Both the position numbers and the translations under genes were made by a program. Shown piece after piece: positions 26,378-34,960 of a stretch of DNA of 64,000 nucleotides. This DNA comes from an uncultured Pseudomonadales bacterium (GTDB lineage: Bacteria > Patescibacteriota > Microgenomatia > UBA1400 > PJMF01): contig CAYPPX010000001.1 of the NCBI GenBank assembly GCA_964412775.1, positions 1,122 through 65,121 on the forward strand, read 5' to 3'. Under the pieces are notes generated by a model, which saw nothing but the letters and a program-made list of their open reading frames with translations, made no database searches and was not told the origin of the DNA. Numbering within the stretch: position 1 is the stretch's first letter; every line of letters starts with the position of its first letter.

Positions 26378-28036
26378 GTGTTAACCAACCAATTTGAAAT
26401 ACCAACCTTACCATTTACTTTAACCGATTTGATTCCTAGTTTTTTAGGACAAAAACCAACTGATAGACTTGACAGCAACTTAGAGCTAGAACAAATTAAA
26501 CCAATTAATAATCCTGAACAAGATAAAACCATTATTATTCTTAACTTTATTCTTAAAGAAGTTTTGCCCATTAAAGACCGAACCAAACAAAAAGAACTTT
26601 TAGTTTATTTTTTTAAATCTATTTTGTCAGAAACTCAAAAACTTCCAATTACTCACTTGGCTTATGAAATAGTCCATAAAAATTCTGGAAAATTAGCACT
26701 TCACGATGATGTTTACTTACTTAGACCAGATTTACTCCAAATTTGTCAGGAAGCCATTGAGTCTTTGGCCATTAGTCATGTAGAAAAGGATAGATACAAC
26801 CTAGAAAAAGATCAAATTGAAAACTTATTGGCTGTTTTGGAAAGTCTTTTTAAACTAACACCACATGCCATTTTAAGTTTGTTGAGCCAACAAGAAACAA
26901 CTACTCCCAACTTAGTTGATACTAACAAAACCAAAGAAAGTTTGGAATTAACTGGCTGGCAAACCTTGCCGCCACCTAAAGCTTTTTCCTTTATCCAACC
27001 AGAAGTAAAAGAAAAAATGAAACTAGAAAAACTTACTGGAGAAATTACTATTGGGCCAAAATACTTGTATATAATGCCTCAATCAGCTGTTCATGAGGGA
27101 AACTTAAGTATTATTGTACTTGCTCAACCAGTCTTTATACCAAGTTTAAACCGATTTATTCTTCTACATGACCAACATATGTCTCCCAAAAACTGGTCAG
27201 ACCATGAGCAACTTTTCAAAAAACTAAAAGTTGAATTGCCAATAGACTTTTCCAACTTGGAGTTTGCTGAAAAAGAAAAACTGATTATGGAAAAATTAGT
27301 CAAACTACCCAAAGAATTTCAAGCCGCCACTGCTAGTGAAGCTTTTTTTAAGCTTTTTCCAGAAAAAAAATTTTTAAACCGATTAAGACAAAAAATTACC
27401 AGGCAAAAAATTAAGGGAATGGAAAAATCATTGGCAGAGTATGCTGAGTTGGTAATTGATGTTGTTGGTACTGAAGTAACCAATGACCAAAATCTTTTTT
27501 CTTCAACGGTAAATAAATTAACTAATTTCATGAACAGAGTGGTATTTGCCGGAATTTTAGACGTTAAAAAAATCTCGAGTGCTAAAAGAAATACTCTCTT
27601 TAGACATTTTAAAAAGTTCGGTGACTTAGCAGAAAGAGATTTTGCTCTTTCTCTAAAAAATATTGGTTTTTCTTCTGCAGTCAAAGCCTTTGATACTTCT
27701 CTGTTGGAATGTGTTGCTTTAAGTCCTTTATCCAGTGTTCAACAACTTGCAAAACTGAATGGTTTTTCACCCAACTCACTCACTAGAGTCGATTTAGGTA
27801 AATTTATTGGTGAAAAAAGATCTAAAGACTGGAAAATGGGTGCTTGTGTTAGATGTGGTGCTTTTAATACTTGGGTCGGAGAATGTAATTGGTGTCTAAC
27901 CTGTGAGCTAAACTATAACTCACCAAAAACCAATAGCTCAACTCAAAAAAATAATTTACCAAAAACTAGCTTACCTTCCAAAAAAACTAGCATTTTTACT
28001 GAAAACCTTGGCTCTTTTATTGCCAATTTAGTCTAA
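26378..28036 (+). CDS. Hypothetical protein (552 aa) with a C-terminal Cys4 zinc-ribbon
   Basis: GTG start with a strong SD; C-terminal CVRCGAFNTWVGECNWCLTCE motif. Confidence 0.4.
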   Translation: MLTNQFEIPTLPFTLTDLIPSFLGQKPTDRLDSNLELEQIKPINNPEQDKTIIILNFILKEVLPIKDRTKQKELLVYFFKSILSETQKLPITHLAYEIVHKNSGKLALHDDVYLLRPDLLQICQEAIESLAISHVEKDRYNLEKDQIENLLAVLESLFKLTPHAILSLLSQQETTTPNLVDTNKTKESLELTGWQTLPPPKAFSFIQPEVKEKMKLEKLTGEITIGPKYLYIMPQSAVHEGNLSIIVLAQPVFIPSLNRFILLHDQHMSPKNWSDHEQLFKKLKVELPIDFSNLEFAEKEKLIMEKLVKLPKEFQAATASEAFFKLFPEKKFLNRLRQKITRQKIKGMEKSLAEYAELVIDVVGTEVTNDQNLFSSTVNKLTNFMNRVVFAGILDVKKISSAKRNTLFRHFKKFGDLAERDFALSLKNIGFSSAVKAFDTSLLECVALSPLSSVQQLAKLNGFSPNSLTRVDLGKFIGEKRSKDWKMGACVRCGAFNTWVGECNWCLTCELNYNSPKTNSSTQKNNLPKTSLPSKKTSIFTENLGSFIANLV

Positions 28037-28084
28037 AGAAAAGCTAATGCGTTTCCATCTGGTAAAGGATATAATAGCTGATAG

Positions 28085-31000
28085 ATGACTGATCATAGCC
28101 AAGTAGCCGGTGCTGGTGTTTATACTCTAAAAAGGTTAAGGGATGGTGTTTCTTTGGATCAAGTGCTTGATTTCTTAAAAAGAATCAGCCAAACAACCTT
28201 TAGAGATGGTGAAAGAATTGATTATTCATTTGCTAGTATTTTCCAAAATGTCCAACAAAGTACTTTATTGATTAATACTAAAAATCGGCAACAAAGTATT
28301 GCTGATGGAGAAAACCCAAGTTTTTTTCTATACAAAAGTGATCTAGCTTACTTGTATTCTGATTTAATCAGAAGATTTGATAACAACTTGGAGGATTTCA
28401 AAGGTACTGAAGATTATAGCCGTCTAAAAGCTTTAAATATTTACTGTGAAAATCATGATGGTGACCTTGAAATTAGTGGAGAAAACGATGTTTATCTCAA
28501 TGGTCTACTTACCGATCTAGTCGGTCGGACAACTAGATTCATTTTGCCACTACTAGAAGACTCCAAACCAAAAGAAGCTGAAGCAGTTCCCAAAGAAACT
28601 GAAGCTAATAATGAAGATCAGCTTGACCCACAACTAGTAGCAGCCGCCCTAAATGACCGCAATAATGCTCAACCAGTTGCCCCAGACTTAGTTAATACTG
28701 GCAATGAAAATGGTTCAGTTGTTCCACCTACAGACCAACCAACCAATGATCCAATTGCCACTAAAAACTTGTTATTCAGTAAAGATTTAAGAGAACAAGC
28801 TGCTAAATTTACTGGAATCGCCATAGCTCAGCTAGAACAACAAAACGGTTTACCTCCAGGATCATTAGCTAATTCTCCAGATCTTCAAAAAGTTTTAAGT
28901 GATAAAACCATGGGTTTTTTCTTGACAACTTTGGGTGATGGCCGAGCTAAAGACTTAATTGATCCTGAAACTAGATTAACTCTAATTAGAGAATATATTT
29001 GGTTGGTTCAAAATGATTTTAGAACTACAGCCATCATCTCTAACCGATTAGAAAATCTTCAAGACTTACAACCATCTCAAACAAACCAACTAGAAGTAAC
29101 TTTGCCAGATGGAACTACTAAAACTATTTCATCAGAAAAAGCACTCAAAGAACAAGTAACCCAAGCTATTAGTAACGCTTCTGGTGCTTCAGCTTCAATC
29201 GCCGAAAAAATTATTGCTGGTATTAATGGTAATACAGAACTAAACACCATCTTTGAAAAACTAGGTGATAACCAACTTATCGAAGATCGAAATGGCTACT
29301 TAATTCAAGAAACAACCAAACTATTACAACAAGAACTTCAAAGAATTGGTGTTCAAACGGACAAAATTTCTCTGGCCGAAAAAAATGTTGTCAATGTAGT
29401 TGATGCCTGGATCCTTCAGGGTTTACCTTTAGATATTTTAAAATATGTTGATGATGGGAAATTTAAACTTATTTTTGGTGAAGAAATCCCTTATAACCCA
29501 ACTTTCCTTGAATCATTAGAAGAAGTTTGGATTGCGAGAAGATCAATTCTTGGCAAAAGGACTGGTCAGCTACTACTCCACAATGAAGCCAGGTTCGCCA
29601 CTCAAGAAGCTTTGGCTCTGTTTGATGAAAGCAAAAAACTTTTAACTAAAAAAGAAGCTAACCAAGTTTTTGAAAGAGGGATTGCTGCCCCAACAAGACA
29701 AATTTTGGTTGGTAGTAAAGGGACTGCTGTTAAAGATCCTGCAGAAATAATTGAACTAACTAATGGCAAAAAATCAGCTACTAACTCAGAAAAAAGAGAA
29801 GTTTTTCTCAAACAAGTTTGGTCAACCAAAGATACTAATGTTAAACAAGAAATTCTGATCGTTTTGGGCTATGGTGATCCCGGCAGTAAAGCCATCCAAA
29901 ACTTGGCAGAGAATGCAGATTTTTATCCAAAAGAAATTGGTCTACATGATATGGCTCCATTGCTAGGTGGAGCTGCTTTCTATGATCAAAGTCAAATAAA
30001 TAACTACCAATCAAACTACATTCCTAATCAAGGAATAATTCAAAACCCCCTAGCTAATGTTGGTCAATTTGCTCAAAAAACAAAAAATTTAACTAACAAA
30101 CTTAGAGGTGGAATTAAGGGAATTGGTTCCAGATTTAGTAAAAAAGCTGCTCAAAAAGCTGCTGATAAAGCGGCTGAAGCTGGTTTAAGCACTGTGGCCT
30201 CTACAGCTACTGGAGCTATTAACCCAGCTTTGGGCTTTTTGACTAAATTAGCCAGCACCAAAAAAGGTCGTCGGGCCTTACTAATTGGAGGAGCTGTTGG
30301 AGTTGGTTCACTTGTTGTACCATTAACCACGCTTGGAGGTCAAATTGGGGCAGCTCTTGGTAGTCTTGTTGGAGGAATTTTTGGTGGCCCTGGTGGAGCA
30401 GTCTTGGGTGGAATTAGTGGAAGCTGGACAGGTTATGGCATCCAAAAGTGGTTCGGAGGATTATTTTCAAAAAGCCCTAGCAGTAACTTAATTAACCCTT
30501 TAACCAGTCAGGCAACCGCTTCCCCACTGGCCCAATCAGCTCTAAATTCAGCAACAACCACCACAGCCACTCAAGCAGCAGCCCTTAATACTGCTTCAAC
30601 CACTTTTGTTGGTCAAACCATCACCCATGTTGCTGGCCAAGCAGTTCTAGGGACGGTGGGCCTTATCACTGCTTCAGAATTAATGTTTCAATCAACAGTG
30701 CTTGGTGCTTTGACAGCGAACTTTCCAGTTGTTGAACCACTCGGTGCCTTTTCTATTGATGGAGTTGACGGCAAGGTTTCTGAGTTTGTTTCAATCGAAA
30801 AAAGAGCTTTTATTGCTGGCTGTCCAGAAAACAAATGTGAAAGTCCTTCTTTCCCAATTAAAGTTGAATATACTGTCACCATTGCTCCCAAGGGTAACTA
30901 TACAATTCAAATTCTAGACGCTACTGATACTTTGAAAGTTAATCATAGTAAAAAAGCTTGGGAAGAAAAAGGTAAAACTCCTCCTACAATTCCAGAAAGA

Positions 31001-31663
31001 ATTAAAAAATTAGCTGACTTTCCAGAGTTATATGAAGAAATTATAATTGAACCTGGAGATTCAGTTACGCTTGTTTATTCTGAGTCACTTGACGAAAAAT
31101 ACAATGATGCTTCTATTACTAATAGATTTGAGCTCAAAGTTTTTGCCAAAGATCCAGCAACTGGTAAAGAAGGAACAGATACGGCCATTACTGGAGAGAT
31201 TGTCTATATTGGTGATTATTCTCAAGGAGAAGGTTGCTGGCCAACTAGTGGCACCATGCTCCAGCTACCATTTAATCAGGGCCCAGATTCAACCCACAGT
31301 CGCTGGGATGCTTTTGATATCGTTAATGTTGAAGGTACCCCAATTTATACTCCATTTGCTGGAAAAGCTTGTCCAGGAACCAGAGATGCCTCAATCTATG
31401 GTATTCATGTAACGCTACAATCAGACAAAGGCACTTTCCAGTTTTCCCATATGCACGCGACCAACGGCCTTGATAATGGGTGTAAAGATCTTCAACCAGG
31501 AGATGTAGTAGGCTACATGGGCACGACTGGTATGGGTGGAGTACACTTGGATTGGGCTAAAATTGGTCGTGGTTCTGCTCCATCAGATTTGGCCCCCATG
31601 ATGCCTGATGGTTTAAGCATTAAACCAGGAGACCCAGTAAGGAGTTGCTATGATGGTGGCTAA
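28085..31663 (+). CDS. Giant protein (1192 aa) with a central glycine-zipper membrane segment and a C-terminal M23 (LytM-type) metallopeptidase domain; candidate T4SS-associated cell-wall hydrolase
   Basis: Gly-rich hydrophobic stretch (GGAVGVGSLVVPLTTLGGQIGAALGSLVGGIFGGPGG), Ser/Thr/Ala-rich linker, then C-terminal GTPIYTPFAGK ... FSHMHAT (HxH) ... DW pattern of M23 peptidases. Confidence 0.55.
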   Translation: MTDHSQVAGAGVYTLKRLRDGVSLDQVLDFLKRISQTTFRDGERIDYSFASIFQNVQQSTLLINTKNRQQSIADGENPSFFLYKSDLAYLYSDLIRRFDNNLEDFKGTEDYSRLKALNIYCENHDGDLEISGENDVYLNGLLTDLVGRTTRFILPLLEDSKPKEAEAVPKETEANNEDQLDPQLVAAALNDRNNAQPVAPDLVNTGNENGSVVPPTDQPTNDPIATKNLLFSKDLREQAAKFTGIAIAQLEQQNGLPPGSLANSPDLQKVLSDKTMGFFLTTLGDGRAKDLIDPETRLTLIREYIWLVQNDFRTTAIISNRLENLQDLQPSQTNQLEVTLPDGTTKTISSEKALKEQVTQAISNASGASASIAEKIIAGINGNTELNTIFEKLGDNQLIEDRNGYLIQETTKLLQQELQRIGVQTDKISLAEKNVVNVVDAWILQGLPLDILKYVDDGKFKLIFGEEIPYNPTFLESLEEVWIARRSILGKRTGQLLLHNEARFATQEALALFDESKKLLTKKEANQVFERGIAAPTRQILVGSKGTAVKDPAEIIELTNGKKSATNSEKREVFLKQVWSTKDTNVKQEILIVLGYGDPGSKAIQNLAENADFYPKEIGLHDMAPLLGGAAFYDQSQINNYQSNYIPNQGIIQNPLANVGQFAQKTKNLTNKLRGGIKGIGSRFSKKAAQKAADKAAEAGLSTVASTATGAINPALGFLTKLASTKKGRRALLIGGAVGVGSLVVPLTTLGGQIGAALGSLVGGIFGGPGGAVLGGISGSWTGYGIQKWFGGLFSKSPSSNLINPLTSQATASPLAQSALNSATTTTATQAAALNTASTTFVGQTITHVAGQAVLGTVGLITASELMFQSTVLGALTANFPVVEPLGAFSIDGVDGKVSEFVSIEKRAFIAGCPENKCESPSFPIKVEYTVTIAPKGNYTIQILDATDTLKVNHSKKAWEEKGKTPPTIPERIKKLADFPELYEEIIIEPGDSVTLVYSESLDEKYNDASITNRFELKVFAKDPATGKEGTDTAITGEIVYIGDYSQGEGCWPTSGTMLQLPFNQGPDSTHSRWDAFDIVNVEGTPIYTPFAGKACPGTRDASIYGIHVTLQSDKGTFQFSHMHATNGLDNGCKDLQPGDVVGYMGTTGMGGVHLDWAKIGRGSAPSDLAPMMPDGLSIKPGDPVRSCYDGG

Positions 31664-32639
31664 TAAGAAAAAAGAATTTGCTTGGCTTTTATATTTAGGA
31701 ATTTTTGTATTCGTTTCATTAGTAATAGCCATCTTATTCTGGATCATCACTCCCAGAGAAACAGTTATTCAAAAAACTGACTTTATTACTACCAATAAAG
31801 ACCAACAAAAAACTAACTTTTCTGGTATTGCCTTTGTTGGCACTCCCATTGAGACTCCCCAAAAACTGCCTATTCTAGCTATTAAAACAGAACATGATGC
31901 TGCTGACACTATAAAAAATAGTTTAATCGATCAATATAAACTTATAAAACACCCCAATTTAAGTGGTCTTTGGCTAAGCGACTTATACTCACTTTCATAT
32001 AATTCTCTAGATAAAGCTTATATCTTCTTTGATAAAACATATCGTCCAGAAGATGCTAACTTATACTTAAATAGTGTTAATAAAGCCATTAGTGTTTCTA
32101 CAGATTTTGTTAAGAGGCTATTCCCAGAGTTAACAATCGAAGTTGATAAAAATAATTTAGTTTATTTAGAAGGTCTGGTAGAGATGCATCCAGGTGAAAA
32201 AAACCATGCTAACTCAGTCATGATTCCATTTAACTATATGTATCAAGGTGTTCCTTTATTCGTTGATAAAAACCGAGGCAACCTTTTAGAGTTAATTGTT
32301 AATGCTAGAGATGAAATTAAAAAAATAACTTTTAAAGAAGATATTATTAGTTTTATCCCTACCGAAAAAACCATTTCAATTATTAGCCTAACTGAAGCGA
32401 TCGAAAATATTAATCAAAGCGAGGCTTTATTACTTAACTCTTATAGTGAAGATGGTTTACCCTACTCAATTAGTGACATTGCTTATGGAGATCTAGAAAC
32501 CGTTAAACTTGAATACCGAGCTGATCTAGATACTAACATTGCTTATCCCTTCTACCACTTCTACGGTAACTTAGTAAATAATAACAACAAACAATTTAAG
32601 GCAGAGATCATTACTCCGGCCGTAAAAGTTGTTGAGTAG
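31650..32639 (+). CDS. Bitopic membrane protein (N-terminal TM plus extracytoplasmic domain); VirB8/TcpC-like position (speculative)
   Basis: Start overlaps the upstream stop by 14 nt (coupling); single N-terminal TM FAWLLYLGIFVFVSLVIAILFWII; no recognised motif. Confidence 0.3.
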   Translation: MMVANKKKEFAWLLYLGIFVFVSLVIAILFWIITPRETVIQKTDFITTNKDQQKTNFSGIAFVGTPIETPQKLPILAIKTEHDAADTIKNSLIDQYKLIKHPNLSGLWLSDLYSLSYNSLDKAYIFFDKTYRPEDANLYLNSVNKAISVSTDFVKRLFPELTIEVDKNNLVYLEGLVEMHPGEKNHANSVMIPFNYMYQGVPLFVDKNRGNLLELIVNARDEIKKITFKEDIISFIPTEKTISIISLTEAIENINQSEALLLNSYSEDGLPYSISDIAYGDLETVKLEYRADLDTNIAYPFYHFYGNLVNNNNKQFKAEIITPAVKVVE

Positions 32640-32679
32640 GTCTAGCAACACGTTTCTATACACGCTAAGATAGTAATGA

Positions 32680-33732
32680 ATGCGTGAACATCCAATCCCA
32701 CAAGACGTTGTGGGTTACAAATTCCATATTGTTGGTAACATGACCTTAAAGCAGTTTGCCGAGGTCGCAATTGGTGTGGTTATTGGTGTAATTCTTTACA
32801 ATACAAACTTAGTTGATCTGGTTAAATGGCCATTAATTATTTTGTCTGCTGGTATTGGTGTTTTAGTCGCATTTGTACCAATTGAAGAAAGACCACTGGA
32901 TCACTGGATTACTACTTTTTTCAAAAGAATTTATAACCCAACTAAGTTTTACTGGAAAAAAGAAACTGAGATTCCATTTGCTTTTATGCACGTCAAACGA
33001 GAAAAAACTAAAGAAGAGGAAGACTTTGAGATTGATCTTACTCCTGCCAGAAGACAAAGAATCAAAGAATATCTAAGTTCTGTAGGTGAAAAAAAGGCAA
33101 TCGATCCATTGGATACAGAAGAACAACAAAGAATGACTAGTATTCTTGAGGAGTATAGTAAAGTTGAAGTCAAAAATATTACTGCCACACCTCAACAAAT
33201 TAAGCCTAACCTTACCACTAAAGTCAGAAACCTAGCTAAAAAATCAACAATTTCTACCGAAAATTCAGAAAAAATTATTTTTCAACAACAACAAAAAACA
33301 AACCAACAACTTAAGCAAGAAGATCAACAAAATCAACAAGGTTTAACCACAGCTCCTCAGCTCACCACGCCTGCAGTAGCTAATGAAGAGCTTAAAATAG
33401 ACAAACAAGCCTTTACTTTGCCAGATGAAGCTGTTGCAACCAACAAAGAACTTCCTTTTCCACAACAACCTACCACACCCAACACCTTGGTGGGGATGGT
33501 GCTAACTCCAGAGAATAAGTTGGTTGATCAAGCAACAGTACAAATAAAAAATAACAATGGTCAAGTGATTTACGCACTAAAAACGAACTTGTTGGGACAA
33601 TTTTCTCTTAGTTCTGCTCTGCCCAATGGTACTTATGTTTTAACTACTCAAAAAACTGGTTTTAACTTTAATGATCAAACAATTACACTAAGTGGCAAAA
33701 TTGTTTCACCACTAGAAATTAGATCTGCCTAG
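32680..33732 (+). CDS. Membrane protein with an N-terminal two-helix hairpin (VirB3/PrgI-like candidate) and a C-terminal carboxypeptidase-regulatory-like beta-sandwich
   Basis: Two adjacent TM helices in the first 70 aa (pattern of VirB3/PrgI preceding VirB4 in Gram-positive-type T4SS); C-terminal GMVLTPENKLVDQATVQIKNNNGQ...NGTYVLTTQKTGF resembles the CarbopepD_reg fold. Confidence 0.3.
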   Translation: MREHPIPQDVVGYKFHIVGNMTLKQFAEVAIGVVIGVILYNTNLVDLVKWPLIILSAGIGVLVAFVPIEERPLDHWITTFFKRIYNPTKFYWKKETEIPFAFMHVKREKTKEEEDFEIDLTPARRQRIKEYLSSVGEKKAIDPLDTEEQQRMTSILEEYSKVEVKNITATPQQIKPNLTTKVRNLAKKSTISTENSEKIIFQQQQKTNQQLKQEDQQNQQGLTTAPQLTTPAVANEELKIDKQAFTLPDEAVATNKELPFPQQPTTPNTLVGMVLTPENKLVDQATVQIKNNNGQVIYALKTNLLGQFSLSSALPNGTYVLTTQKTGFNFNDQTITLSGKIVSPLEIRSA

Positions 33733-33782
33733 GATTTTCTCATTGCGATTAGGGCTTAACTTCTAGTACCATAGAGGAAGGT

Positions 33783-34931
33783 ATGCCTGACGTTAATGAA
33801 ATTTCTTCTACCACTCAAAAATTTTTGGATATTTTTGATATTACTAATGATGTGGTTGTCTTAAAAGATGGCACTATCTCTTTAATTATGGTCATCAGTG
33901 CCATGAACTTTGGATTGCTAGCTGAACAAGAACAAGATGCAGTCATTTATGCTTATGCTGCTTTACTCAACTCTCTAAACTTCCCAATCCAAATTATTAT
34001 TAGTTCAAAAACCAAAGATGCTACAGCCTACTTGAGATTATTAGATGAACAAGCAGAAAAAGCATCAACTCAAGAGAAAGAAGACTTAATCAAGAGATAT
34101 CAAACTTTTGTCGGTCAACTAATCAGAGAAAGAAATGTTCTTGATAAAAAGTTTTATGTTTCAATTCCAGCTTCACCAGCAGAAGTTGGCATGATTACTC
34201 CTCAATCAGTTTTACCGGGCAATAGTGAAACCAAACTAACTAGAGACCAAAAAACTGCAGTCATTGAAAAAGGACTGGGGGTTTTAGAACCAAGAAGAGA
34301 TCATTTAATTGCTCAATTTAACAGAATTGGTCTTTACGCTAGACAACTCCATACCCAAGAGATTATTGAGATTTTCTATAATAACTATAATCCAGAGGCT
34401 TATGAAGGCCAACAAATTACTGATAGCAGTAACTATACCACTATGGTGGTTCAAGCCAAAACAGCTCCAGATTTAAGTTCTTTAAAAAGCTTAACTGAAG
34501 CAAATACAGCTAGCCAAGACAATCCAACTACCTTGGCTGAATTGCCACCTGCAGGAGTAGCTGAAATTAGTGAATCAGCAGTGGTACCTAGAGAACTACC
34601 AGAAAATAATTCTGGAATAGTGATAAACCAACCGGCTAGTCAACAAGCTCAAACACCTGTTAATGAACCCAAAATTGAACCAACAGTTACTCAGCCTCAA
34701 CCGACTCAACTTCCAAGTAAGCCTTTACCAAAACCAGCCCAACAAACTGTTTTTCAAGCAAATAAACCAGTTTTAGACACCACTGATCAACAACCACCAA
34801 TGAACCAACCTCTAGCTCAACCAAGTATCCAGAGTCAACCACAACTAACTTTAGAAAAAACAATTAGTGAAGTACCAATAAATAATCCTCAACCTACTGA
34901 CAAACCATTACCACCAGTAGCTGAGCTTTAA
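33783..34931 (+). CDS. Hypothetical protein with a Pro/Gln-rich C-terminal tail, just upstream of the VirB4-like ATPase
   Basis: ORF; low-complexity PQ-rich C-terminus; no motif. Confidence 0.3.
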   Translation: MPDVNEISSTTQKFLDIFDITNDVVVLKDGTISLIMVISAMNFGLLAEQEQDAVIYAYAALLNSLNFPIQIIISSKTKDATAYLRLLDEQAEKASTQEKEDLIKRYQTFVGQLIRERNVLDKKFYVSIPASPAEVGMITPQSVLPGNSETKLTRDQKTAVIEKGLGVLEPRRDHLIAQFNRIGLYARQLHTQEIIEIFYNNYNPEAYEGQQITDSSNYTTMVVQAKTAPDLSSLKSLTEANTASQDNPTTLAELPPAGVAEISESAVVPRELPENNSGIVINQPASQQAQTPVNEPKIEPTVTQPQPTQLPSKPLPKPAQQTVFQANKPVLDTTDQQPPMNQPLAQPSIQSQPQLTLEKTISEVPINNPQPTDKPLPPVAEL

Positions 34932-34960
34932 ATAAATTTGATGGAGTAAAATAAAAAACA

